This document shows, one piece after another, positions 49,971 through 58,901 of a DNA stretch of 64,000 nucleotides. The stretch comes from Promethearchaeota archaeon (GTDB lineage: Archaea > Asgardarchaeota > Lokiarchaeia > Sigyniarchaeales > SOKP01). Each line of letters begins with the position of its first letter. Positions within the stretch are counted from its first letter, which is position 1. A program made the position numbers and the translations under genes. The notes beneath the pieces are model-generated. The model saw nothing but the letters and a program-made list of their open reading frames with translations, made no database searches and was not told the origin of the DNA. The stretch spans positions 9,857-73,856 of the forward strand of contig JAHLWS010000031.1 in the NCBI GenBank assembly GCA_019057795.1, given 5' to 3'.

Positions 49971-51262
49971 CAATTACAGAAAAGAAATCTGATAAAATTA
50001 GTCACAAAATTAAAATTTTGACAGGAAACCATGCAGCAGCTCAAGCTCTCAGGCAAGCTAAAGTAGGCGTCATTGCGGCGTACCCAATAACCCCTCAAAG
50101 TCCGGTAGTCGAAAAAATAGCGGAATTTATTTCGAAAGGCAAAATGAATACCCGTTTTGTTAAAGTAGAATCCGAGCATTCTGCATTAGCGGTATGTTGC
50201 GCGGCTTCGGCTACAGGATCAAGAGTGGGCACGGCAACATCATCTCACGGATTGATGTTGATGTATGAAATGCTACCGTGGGCTGCAGGCAACAGATTAC
50301 CGATAATAATAAATTTGGCAACTAGAGCAACAGGAGCCCCTTGGTCGGTTTGGACGGATCACCAAGACTTTATTACTATGCGTGATGTTGGTTGGATTCA
50401 AATGTTTTGCCTGGATAATCAAGAAATTTACGATACAAATATCCAGGCTTTTAGAATTGCGGAAGATCCAAGAGTTTTTCTTCCAGCAGTGGTAGCTTAT
50501 GATGGTTATATATTGTCCCATACTATGATGCCCGTAATTCTAGAAAAACAAGAAGATATTGATGTTTTTCTACCTCCTCTAAAACATCATATAAATTTAT
50601 CAGATATGTCTCAAGTGAAGGGTATCGATCCTGTCACCACGCCTCATTTAATAGATCGGGGTGAAGAAGGAATCGCTCCCGGGTATTTTGAATATAGATA
50701 TGCGATGCAAAAAGCTCTTGAAAATTCGATTGAAGTGATCAAAGAGGTTCATGACGAATTTGCCGACAAATTTGGGCGATCTTACGGAAATGGAATTTAC
50801 AAGACACACTTAACTGAAGATGCGGATACTATTATTTTTGCAATGGGTTCAGTAGCTTCTCAAGCTCGAAATGTGATTAAAAAACTTCGAAAAGACGGGT
50901 TAAAAGTTGGTTTAGTGAGCTTGAAGCTATTTAGACCGTTTCCCGTTTCGTATTTAAGAGAGTTTTTCAAAAATAAAAAGCAAGTTGTCGTTTTTGATAG
51001 GGATATTGGTTATGGATACGAAGGCGTGTTATCATACGAGTTGAAAGCTGCTTTATATGGTTTGAAAAATAGCCCCTTTATTAAAGGATTTATAGTAGGG
51101 TTAGGAGGTAGAGATATTACTGACCAACATATTATAAAGGGCGTGTATAAAGCAATTGAAGAATCCGAAATAGGGATAATATCACATAAAACAGATTTTA
51201 TTGGTTTAAGATTGGAACAGTTAGGTGATTATGACGAATCAGAATATTTCAAAGGAGGTTAA
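49967..51262 (+). CDS. porA: 2-oxoacid:ferredoxin oxidoreductase alpha subunit
   Basis: TGNHAAA, AAYPITPQ, VESEHSA, TATSSHGL, FRPFP. Confidence 0.95.
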   Translation: MTITEKKSDKISHKIKILTGNHAAAQALRQAKVGVIAAYPITPQSPVVEKIAEFISKGKMNTRFVKVESEHSALAVCCAASATGSRVGTATSSHGLMLMYEMLPWAAGNRLPIIINLATRATGAPWSVWTDHQDFITMRDVGWIQMFCLDNQEIYDTNIQAFRIAEDPRVFLPAVVAYDGYILSHTMMPVILEKQEDIDVFLPPLKHHINLSDMSQVKGIDPVTTPHLIDRGEEGIAPGYFEYRYAMQKALENSIEVIKEVHDEFADKFGRSYGNGIYKTHLTEDADTIIFAMGSVASQARNVIKKLRKDGLKVGLVSLKLFRPFPVSYLREFFKNKKQVVVFDRDIGYGYEGVLSYELKAALYGLKNSPFIKGFIVGLGGRDITDQHIIKGVYKAIEESEIGIISHKTDFIGLRLEQLGDYDESEYFKGG

Positions 51263-51268
51263 GATATA

Positions 51269-52168
51269 TTGGTTAAATTAATGGATATACCTGAAGAAGA
51301 ATATATTTACCCCGGTACTAGAGCTTGCGCAGGATGTTCAATGGCGTTAATATATAGAATTGCTCTAAAAGCCCTTGGACCAAAAACAATTATTACTGTA
51401 CCCGCTTCGTGCTTAACTGTTTTACACGGAATGCAAGGGTTTTGTACCACTAAAGTTTCTGTGCTTCATACTCCTTTTGCCACTACGGGCGCTTCTGCAT
51501 CTGGAATTGTAGCTTCACTTGAAGATAAGGGATTAGCCGACGATGTTAATGTCGTTGCGTTTGCGGGGGATGGAGGGACTGTAGATATTGGAATTCAGAG
51601 TTTGAGCGGAGCGGTTGAGAGAGGAACCAACTTTATTTTTGTATGTTATGATAACGAGGCGTATATGAATACAGGAGTTCAAAGAAGTGGAAGTACACCA
51701 CCTGGTGCTTTTAGCACAACAACTCCTAATGGTAAAGTGGGGTATAAAAAAAACATGGCTAAAATTATGGAAGCACACGGTATCCCTTACGTTGCAACAG
51801 CTATTTCGTCGTATCCGCTTGATATATACGATAAATTTAAGAACGCTCAAAATACTTACGGTCCAAAATATCTACACATTCTTGCTCCTTGCCCTCCGGG
51901 ATGGGGATATAATCCAAAAGATTCAATTGAGATCGGGAGATTAGCTGTTCAAACGGGTTTCTGGCCATTATATGAAGTAATTAATGGTAAGTTTATTTTA
52001 TCAAAAGATAGTAAAAGATTTTTAGACCCAACAAAACGCAAACCTATTGAGGAATATTTAAAAATCCAAAAAAGATTTAGAACCGTCTCTGATAGCCAAA
52101 TTGAGAATTATAGACAATATATTAGTGATCAATGGGAATCAATTAAAGAAAGAATTGAAAAAAAATAA
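51269..52168 (+). CDS. porB: 2-oxoacid:ferredoxin oxidoreductase beta subunit
   Basis: ACAGC, GDGG, YDNEAYMNTGVQRS, PCPPGW. Confidence 0.95.
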   Translation: MVKLMDIPEEEYIYPGTRACAGCSMALIYRIALKALGPKTIITVPASCLTVLHGMQGFCTTKVSVLHTPFATTGASASGIVASLEDKGLADDVNVVAFAGDGGTVDIGIQSLSGAVERGTNFIFVCYDNEAYMNTGVQRSGSTPPGAFSTTTPNGKVGYKKNMAKIMEAHGIPYVATAISSYPLDIYDKFKNAQNTYGPKYLHILAPCPPGWGYNPKDSIEIGRLAVQTGFWPLYEVINGKFILSKDSKRFLDPTKRKPIEEYLKIQKRFRTVSDSQIENYRQYISDQWESIKERIEKK

Positions 52169-52282
52169 CTTATTTTCAACAGATTTTTTTTAGTTATTTT
52201 AATTTTTTCTAATTTTATTATTTTAACAACATAGTATAGATATAGAAAAAAATATAAATTATTTAGAGTTAAAAATTATTGA

Positions 52283-53074
52283 TTGTCTATGCTGAAGACA
52301 TACATTTTCAACGAACCTAATAAAAGCTGGGTCGAGGAAAACACAAGCTTACTTTACCACGATTTATGCGCTATTTTGGATGAAGAGCGTAAAATTATCT
52401 ATTTATGGAACGGACCAAAAAGCTCTAAAGAAAGGTTTAATAGAGGATATAAATTGTTAGAAAATTTAATGTCCAACTATCCTCACATACATTTCCAATT
52501 ATCTATTTTAAAGAAAGATATTCCAGATTATGTTCAAAATAAATTGGATTTAATGTTAAAAGAAATAAAACAAGAAGACGAAAGAGAGCACCAGAAGTTT
52601 ACAAGATTTATTACATTAAGGTTATATTTTATTTTTCTAGTAGTGTCTTTGATTTTACCGATATTTTCTGCTTTAAATTTATGTTTTTCTTTGTCTTGGA
52701 CGAATATTAGCAATAATTTTGAGGTTAGTGCGGATTTGTACCGTAATTGGCTCTATATTTCGTATATATTAATAATAATTTCGTTGATTTCTTTTGTTAT
52801 TATTACTGCGATTGGTATATTTGAGATCGAACATCAAGCTATTGTTTTTTCCTTAATAGGCGTGATAATTTGCAGCGGAATAGCGTTTTATCTACAACAA
52901 GGAATTTTCTTGTTTTTATTCCAAGGAGGATCAACCGCTTCAATTTATTATATCAAACAAAATGATATCTTTATATTTTTAATTGTAATTATTACAAGCA
53001 TTATGATTTTTGAGCTTCCAAACGCTAAAAAACTAATCACATTCATTAAAGCCTACAGAAAATATATTTTTTGA
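52283..53074 (+). CDS. Gelsolin-like domain fused to four transmembrane helices
   Basis: LLYHDLCAILDEERKIIYLWNGPKSSKERF matches the gelsolin consensus LxxxDcfILDxxxxIyxWxGxxSs; four hydrophobic segments in the C-terminal half. Confidence 0.72.
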   Translation: MSMLKTYIFNEPNKSWVEENTSLLYHDLCAILDEERKIIYLWNGPKSSKERFNRGYKLLENLMSNYPHIHFQLSILKKDIPDYVQNKLDLMLKEIKQEDEREHQKFTRFITLRLYFIFLVVSLILPIFSALNLCFSLSWTNISNNFEVSADLYRNWLYISYILIIISLISFVIITAIGIFEIEHQAIVFSLIGVIICSGIAFYLQQGIFLFLFQGGSTASIYYIKQNDIFIFLIVIITSIMIFELPNAKKLITFIKAYRKYIF

Positions 53075-53171
53075 TTTGCTAAGTTTCAATTTTAAAGAAA
53101 TGTTTTAAAATATTAATTAAATAATTTTTAGATAAGTGTCTTAAACTAAAAAAAATATTAAGATAATCAAA

Positions 53172-54059
53172 ATGGCCGAAGCAGCAAAATTACTGGAGAA
53201 AAAAAAGCTGGATAAGGAAGATTTAAGAATTTTAATGGGAATTGAGATCGGAATGAAAAGATCTAAATATGTTACGGTAAATAACATAAAATTCTATTCT
53301 AGGAATCCAATAGAAGAAACCTTATTTCGTCTTAAAAAGGTACATAAATTAGATTTAATAGTAAGAGATTCTTCTAAAAATGATATAGCATATACCCTTA
53401 ATTCTATTGGTTACGACGTACTAGGTCTTCACACCTTGGTTGAGAGAGAGATAATTAGTAAGTTAGGACCTATAATAGGTAAAGGAAAAGAATCAGATGT
53501 CTATGGTTGTATGGACGATAACGAAAATATTTACGCTTTAAAAATATATAGGATGGGAAGGACCAGTTTTAAAAACATTAAGATGTTAAGAAGCTTTCTT
53601 GGTAACCGAAAACATTTATCTTGGTTGTATGTTAACAGACTTGCTGCTAAAAAGGAATTTGACGCTTTAAGTAAAATCTACGAACTTAAATTAGATACCC
53701 CTAAACCAATAGGATTTAATCGACATATGATAGTAATGTCATACTTAAGAGGAAAAGAATTAGCGTATTATCAAAATCTTAAAAATCCAAGTAAGATTTT
53801 TAACAAGATCATCAAACAAATTAAAATAATTTATCAAAAAGCAAACATGATCCATGGAGATCTAGGAGAATTCAATATAGTAATAGATAATAAAGGAAAT
53901 ATATTAATAATCGATTGGCTACAATGGATTCCGTCAGATCACCCAAACGCAAGATCAATTTTAGAAAGAGATATTGGAAATCTGTGTAACTTCTTTCAAA
54001 AGAAATACCATATAGAAAGCAACCCTGTAGAGATTATTCAATCATTTAAAAAAAGGTAA
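53172..54059 (+). CDS. rio2: RIO2-type Ser/Thr kinase
   Basis: N-terminal wHTH (GYDVLGL), GKGKESDVY, RMGRTSF, IHGDLGEFNI, IDWLQ. Confidence 0.95.
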   Translation: MAEAAKLLEKKKLDKEDLRILMGIEIGMKRSKYVTVNNIKFYSRNPIEETLFRLKKVHKLDLIVRDSSKNDIAYTLNSIGYDVLGLHTLVEREIISKLGPIIGKGKESDVYGCMDDNENIYALKIYRMGRTSFKNIKMLRSFLGNRKHLSWLYVNRLAAKKEFDALSKIYELKLDTPKPIGFNRHMIVMSYLRGKELAYYQNLKNPSKIFNKIIKQIKIIYQKANMIHGDLGEFNIVIDNKGNILIIDWLQWIPSDHPNARSILERDIGNLCNFFQKKYHIESNPVEIIQSFKKR

Positions 54060-54067
54060 ATTTAGAA

Positions 54068-54688
54068 TTAATGCTTATTAAGACTTCCATGAATAATCAC
54101 ATCTTCTATATTCTCTAAAAACTCAGTCTTAAGGTCTATTGTATGTGTTTTTAAATATGCTATTAAATCATCTACTTTCAATTGTTTTCGTAAGATTGAT
54201 AATTTCAAAAGCGAATCCTCTTGACCGACTCGAATTAATTCACCCAAACCTTTCTTTATGACTGGTAAATTTTGGAGCGATGTGATTGAAAAAATTACAT
54301 TAAAACTATCATGTCTTAACGGTAAATTATCGATATCTCCTAAAATTAGATTTATATCTTCAATATCTTTTTTTTTTTTAGATTTGCCACAAAAGTTCAT
54401 TAGCATTTTCCAAGAGATATCTATTCCAATATATTTGACCTTCTTCTTTATATTATCGATATTTAAGTTAAAAACATATTCAATTAATAGGCCTGTACCA
54501 CAACCAGCATCTAGAATGGTTTTATAATTTAAATTACAATTTCTAAAAAGAATTTTATACTTTTCTTTTTGGATTTTACTATATCTATTATCATAGAAGC
54601 TTGAGGTTGAATTATATTTCTCAATAATATTTTTTTTCTTATCTAAATCTTTATTTAAAGGTTTCAAGAAAATTACCAAACAGATCAA
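54068..54688 (-). CDS. Class I SAM-dependent methyltransferase
   Basis: ILDAGCGTG, GIDISWKML, GDIDNLPL. Confidence 0.88.
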   Translation of the reverse strand: MICLVIFLKPLNKDLDKKKNIIEKYNSTSSFYDNRYSKIQKEKYKILFRNCNLNYKTILDAGCGTGLLIEYVFNLNIDNIKKKVKYIGIDISWKMLMNFCGKSKKKKDIEDINLILGDIDNLPLRHDSFNVIFSITSLQNLPVIKKGLGELIRVGQEDSLLKLSILRKQLKVDDLIAYLKTHTIDLKTEFLENIEDVIIHGSLNKH

Positions 54689-54782
54689 AATATAAGAATA
54701 ATTAATATCCGATAAAAAGGTTTTAATTCAAATAATTAATTTATAATTATATTATAAATGTTTTTATAATAAAGGTTAAAAT

Positions 54783-55040
54783 ATGTCAAATCCGAATATT
54801 AGAAATAAGAACCCTCTAGCAATCCTTCAAAATGCCCAGAACAGTCAGATATTGCTCAGACTAAAAGATGGCACTGAATATAAGGGGCTCTTAAAAGAAA
54901 TTGATGCATATATGAACTGCATTATAGAGGAATGCACTGAGCTCATGGATGGCAGCCCTGTGGCTAAGTACAACGAGATTTTCATCCGCGGGAACAATCT
55001 CCTCTTCATAAAACCGGATGCCAATCAGCTAAAAATATAA
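54783..55040 (+). CDS. Sm-like (Lsm/SmAP) RNA-binding protein
   Basis: LKDGTEYKGLLKEIDAYMN Sm1 motif; IFIRGNN Sm2 motif. Confidence 0.95.
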   Translation: MSNPNIRNKNPLAILQNAQNSQILLRLKDGTEYKGLLKEIDAYMNCIIEECTELMDGSPVAKYNEIFIRGNNLLFIKPDANQLKI

Positions 55041-55098
55041 AAATGCTGAGGATATTGTGCACTCATCTGGAGCAGTAAAGAAACAAAATTCATTTCTT

Positions 55099-55473
55099 TT
55101 AAGGATAATATACTCCAGGAGGATGTAATTTATGTTGACACTGTTGATTAAACGTATAACAAGCTTCGCAATACCAAGCATTTAAAACGGGGTTGTATAC
55201 GAAATCTAAGTCTCTTCTACCGCATAAACTGCAATGAACAACTGAACGACCGAAAGATTGCATCAGCTTCTCGCTCTCTTGATAGATTTTTTGAGTCTTT
55301 TTCTCTTTTTCGGCGAAACTCAGCGCTGTATCTTGATCAATAAGCTTCATTTCTTCAAAATATCTTGAATGATGAACTTCAAATGCCGTGAATAGCAGAT
55401 TTCTTAATTCAGTTCTAATTATGCGTAACCGAGGATCTTTGAGTGTTATTAATCTTTTTTCTTTTTTTTTCAT
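55099..55473 (-). CDS. Hypothetical protein with C-terminal Zn finger
   Basis: CSLCG...WYCEACY. Confidence 0.7.
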   Translation of the reverse strand: MKKKEKRLITLKDPRLRIIRTELRNLLFTAFEVHHSRYFEEMKLIDQDTALSFAEKEKKTQKIYQESEKLMQSFGRSVVHCSLCGRRDLDFVYNPVLNAWYCEACYTFNQQCQHKLHPPGVYYP

Positions 55474-55513
55474 AATTTAAAAATAGAAAAATTAAAATTT
55501 AAGTTTTATTCTC

Positions 55514-56629
55514 TTATGGACCTAAAATGATACTCGAGAGATACGCTTCATATAAATGCATGAATTTATCAACGGACCAAATATTCCTAATCCTCCGACC
55601 TAATAAGGCGGCGCCTCCTAATTGATTATTGAAATTCCTAGCACGATAAATATTGCTCTTAGCAATTGGATATTCGTCATATAAAGTCATATATGCTTGC
55701 TTAAAACTGTGTGTTGTTGCAAGTTTATTACGAAAACTAGTAATCTTCTTATTTAAAATATTTAGCTTGGAAGAAAGAGGTTTCTTTGCAAAATGGTCAT
55801 CCCAAAGCCCATTTATTCCATTAGTTCTTAGGATTGGAATATTAGACTCTTGAATATGCGTGAGTCTTGACTTTACTGAGAAAGTCTTTCTATTAAACAC
55901 CCTTCGGATATCTGCTTCTGTAATCTCTCCATTAGGACCTCTACCTTTACCATTAATTCCAATATATATCAATCTCCTTATTCCATGCTTCAATGTTTCT
56001 TGATCTTGCCTTGACATGGTATGATAAGTATTATGATAATCGTCATTTGTTAGAATCTGGTCGTAAAGAGCTAAAGATGCTTTACCGGCTTGAGTATGGT
56101 CCATATGATTTGGTTGAAAAATCCCTGTACCTGGATCACCGTCAAACAATGCGTCTTCCAGCGACTCAAAGGAGAGAGGATCGGTAGCGAATAGATCTCC
56201 CATTTGCATTATAATATTCCACGATTTATAATTTGGTCTACTAAAAAGTAATGCATATCCTCGTGTATCAAGCCCAGAAGCTTGCCTTATCAATATCCTT
56301 ACTGGTCTAACAATATCTTGAACTCTACTTAGTTCATCTAGTGCATTTAAAGCATCTATATAGAAAATATTTTCTTCGGCATATCGTGTCATTACATTTC
56401 CATCAATATGGATGTTTTCTAAAAGATAAGAATATACTACATTAGTAAATTCAATAATTGTTTTTGGACCTAATAATGTTCCTTGAGTTAAATAATCAGT
56501 ATATTGTTTTTTCCCAACTTTGACAGAAGCCTCTTTTATCCCTATAAACGGATCACCCTCATGAACTGCTATAGCAACATGAACTGCTTCTATAGCGTTG
56601 TATATCGCTTCGGTTAAATCATCAAACAT
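55514..56629 (-). CDS. Hypothetical protein, probably 5'-truncated
   Basis: 371-aa ORF; the frame stays open upstream of the first ATG, without a start codon, to about 56875. Confidence 0.6.
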   Translation of the reverse strand: MFDDLTEAIYNAIEAVHVAIAVHEGDPFIGIKEASVKVGKKQYTDYLTQGTLLGPKTIIEFTNVVYSYLLENIHIDGNVMTRYAEENIFYIDALNALDELSRVQDIVRPVRILIRQASGLDTRGYALLFSRPNYKSWNIIMQMGDLFATDPLSFESLEDALFDGDPGTGIFQPNHMDHTQAGKASLALYDQILTNDDYHNTYHTMSRQDQETLKHGIRRLIYIGINGKGRGPNGEITEADIRRVFNRKTFSVKSRLTHIQESNIPILRTNGINGLWDDHFAKKPLSSKLNILNKKITSFRNKLATTHSFKQAYMTLYDEYPIAKSNIYRARNFNNQLGGAALLGRRIRNIWSVDKFMHLYEAYLSSIILGP

Positions 56630-56953
56630 AAGGTTTTGATGGTTTATTGTATTTCTTGTATATAAATGCCTATAAATTGTAGTTTTTACATGTTTTTGAA
56701 GAGCTAAAAGTTCAGGTTGAGTAATTTGAATTCCTTCAGCTAAAACGGTTCCCTCCCCCGTTAAAAAAGTTAAGCAAGTTAAGCAGGTGGGATCGGATTT
56801 GATACCGCCAATAGAAAACTTTCGAGAGTTTAGGCTATGGACTTTAAAAAGATTAGACGAGTTAGAAAACTTATTTTAAATAAATTAGAAGAAGAAAAAG
56901 AAAGAATGAGTATTTACGTGTTATAAATTTTTATCTAAAGAAGGTGAAAAAGC

Positions 56954-57316
56954 GTGAAAGAAAAGGACTTTAAAGAATTGAAAGGAAAGAGATTTGACTT
57001 AAGTCAGGCGATGCAGAATTCTGGATTAATTTACTCGATAAATCTTGGAAGTAAATGTTATTATCATCCAAGGATGGAAGCATTTACAAGCTGCGAGCAT
57101 TGTGGCGAGTCAGTCTGCTCAGAATGTAGTACCATATATCGCGGTGATGTTTTATTGGGAATTTCTGACGAAGAGCTTTGTTTTCAGTGCAAAGCCAATA
57201 TAACGAGAACGGACCGTGCTTTTGATTCGTTTACGTACGGTTTACTTGTTGTCGGTTTTATCCTCTCTATGACCGGTGCGTTTCTTATTTTCTTATCCAA
57301 AGTTAGGAGCGGGTAA
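56954..57316 (+). CDS. B-box-like Zn-finger protein with C-terminal TM helix
   Basis: CYYHP...CEHCGESVCSEC...LCFQC; hydrophobic FTYGLLVVGFILSMTGAFLIFL. Confidence 0.75.
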   Translation: MKEKDFKELKGKRFDLSQAMQNSGLIYSINLGSKCYYHPRMEAFTSCEHCGESVCSECSTIYRGDVLLGISDEELCFQCKANITRTDRAFDSFTYGLLVVGFILSMTGAFLIFLSKVRSG

Positions 57317-57317
57317 T

Positions 57318-58163
57318 ATGAGCTTAATAGAAACTGCTGAAGAGTTAGAAAAAAAAGGAGAGTATTTAGGTTCTTTAGAATTAGTGCTAAAAGTTCTTGA
57401 AGACGAGCCCGATAACGTGAAAGCGCTGGAGTTGAAAGCGAGTTTGTGTTGCATTAAAGACAAGTTGCCCGAATCTATACGGGCTTATAAGAAGTTACTT
57501 CGGTTTTACGAAGACGAGGGCGACGAGAAGGTTTGGCCACAATTGTATATATTGGACTCTATTCGCAGTAATTATCGGCTTTTAAAAAATCTCGATAAAG
57601 CCATAAGTTATTGCGAGAAATCCGTAGAGCTCTGCGAACGCTTTTTAAAAATCGAAGGTCCCCATAGAGAATATTTTGCAGAAGAGCTATCTCAGAGGTT
57701 TTGGGATTTAGGCGGGTATCAATACAAATCTAGAAAATATTCTGGTGCAGTAAATACTTACAAAAAATTTTTGAAGTTACTCTCCGAATTCGGTTGTTTA
57801 GAAACGATTGCTGACGCCCTATACGAGCTCGCTTGCGCCTATCACAAGTTAAACCGCACGACCGAAGCGCTAAGCAAGTATTCCCAAGCTCTAAGGATAT
57901 ACGATGGCTTAGGGGGGTCGGCTCACTTGTTTAGTTGTAGGTCTAAAGTTCATTACTCGCTCTGCACCATCCGTTTTGGCGTTAGGGATTACGAGGAAGC
58001 TCTTTTTCACGCAGAAAAATGCTTACTCTTTTTAGAAATAGCCTACGAAAAGATTAACGACCCTGGAGACCTTGGAGTCGTTGAAGACGATTCCGTTTAC
58101 AAGAAAGCGAAAAGGTTGCAAAGTTCTCTCGAAAAAAATAAGTTTCTCTGGAAAGAAAAATAA
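57318..58163 (+). CDS. TPR repeat protein
   Basis: KVLEDEPDNVKALELKA, KAISYCEKSVEL, ALYELACAYHKLNRTTEALSKYSQAL. Confidence 0.85.
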   Translation: MSLIETAEELEKKGEYLGSLELVLKVLEDEPDNVKALELKASLCCIKDKLPESIRAYKKLLRFYEDEGDEKVWPQLYILDSIRSNYRLLKNLDKAISYCEKSVELCERFLKIEGPHREYFAEELSQRFWDLGGYQYKSRKYSGAVNTYKKFLKLLSEFGCLETIADALYELACAYHKLNRTTEALSKYSQALRIYDGLGGSAHLFSCRSKVHYSLCTIRFGVRDYEEALFHAEKCLLFLEIAYEKINDPGDLGVVEDDSVYKKAKRLQSSLEKNKFLWKEK

Positions 58164-58275
58164 ATAAGATTCTTCGAAAATTTTTGAGAAAAAGAGAAAA
58201 TCGCGTGGACAACTGTTATAAATTACAGAAAGATATAAAAGAAGAATTTTTTTAATATTATAGGAGGAATTAAAG

Positions 58276-58404
58276 ATGAATAAAAAAATATTAGATAAAA
58301 TATTTCATTGTATTGTTGTTGGAGTTATGATATTAATGATTGGCGTAATACCAATTGTATTAACTATTGCCGAAACTATTAGATTATATTTTTTATATAT
58401 ATAA
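58276..58404 (+). CDS. 42-aa single-TM microprotein (absent from ORF track)
   Basis: AGGAGGA 7 nt upstream of ATG; MNKKILDKIFHCIVVGVMILMIGVIPIVLTIAETIRLYFLYI*. Confidence 0.5.
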   Translation: MNKKILDKIFHCIVVGVMILMIGVIPIVLTIAETIRLYFLYI

Positions 58405-58457
58405 ATTTTCAAATGCTCAATTTTTAATTCTTAATTTATGTAAATTGAGAGCTTAAA

Positions 58458-58901
58458 TTGATTGATAATAGAAGCTCAGATTCAAATCTCGTATCAATTA
58501 TTGGTTATGGAACTTTCATAACTCGGAATCTGTGGAAGGATAAATTCAATGTTGAAGTTTGTCTAGTAAAAAATTTTACAAGAGTTTTTCCTAAAAATAG
58601 TTGGTTTCCTTATGTTTTACCTTCAAAGAATTCCTTTTGGACTTTAAAATTTGACGTGAACCAACAAGAATTAGAATTGTTAGATTCAATCGAAGGAGTT
58701 TTTGATGATTTATTTGAACGAATAATCACCGAAGTTTATTTAAAAAATAATAGAATATTGACTGCTTATATCTATATACCTACAAAAAAGACAATAGCTT
58801 CACAAAAATTATCTCTGGAATTAGATAAAACCGATCGATGGAAGGAAGAAATTAAAAAATATCCCGAGATTGTAGAAAAATTTCCCGAATTGGTGTTATA
58901 A
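58458..58901 (+). CDS. Gamma-glutamylcyclotransferase (AIG2-like)
   Basis: IIGYGTF, LELLDSIEG, AYIY. Confidence 0.85.
   Translation: MIDNRSSDSNLVSIIGYGTFITRNLWKDKFNVEVCLVKNFTRVFPKNSWFPYVLPSKNSFWTLKFDVNQQELELLDSIEGVFDDLFERIITEVYLKNNRILTAYIYIPTKKTIASQKLSLELDKTDRWKEEIKKYPEIVEKFPELVL

Noticed and set aside
56786-56930. Short plus-strand frames (GGIGFDTANRKLFESLGYGL*; MDFKKIRRVRKLILNKLEEEKERMSIYVL*)
   Set aside because: Too short to assign; may be debris at the island junction
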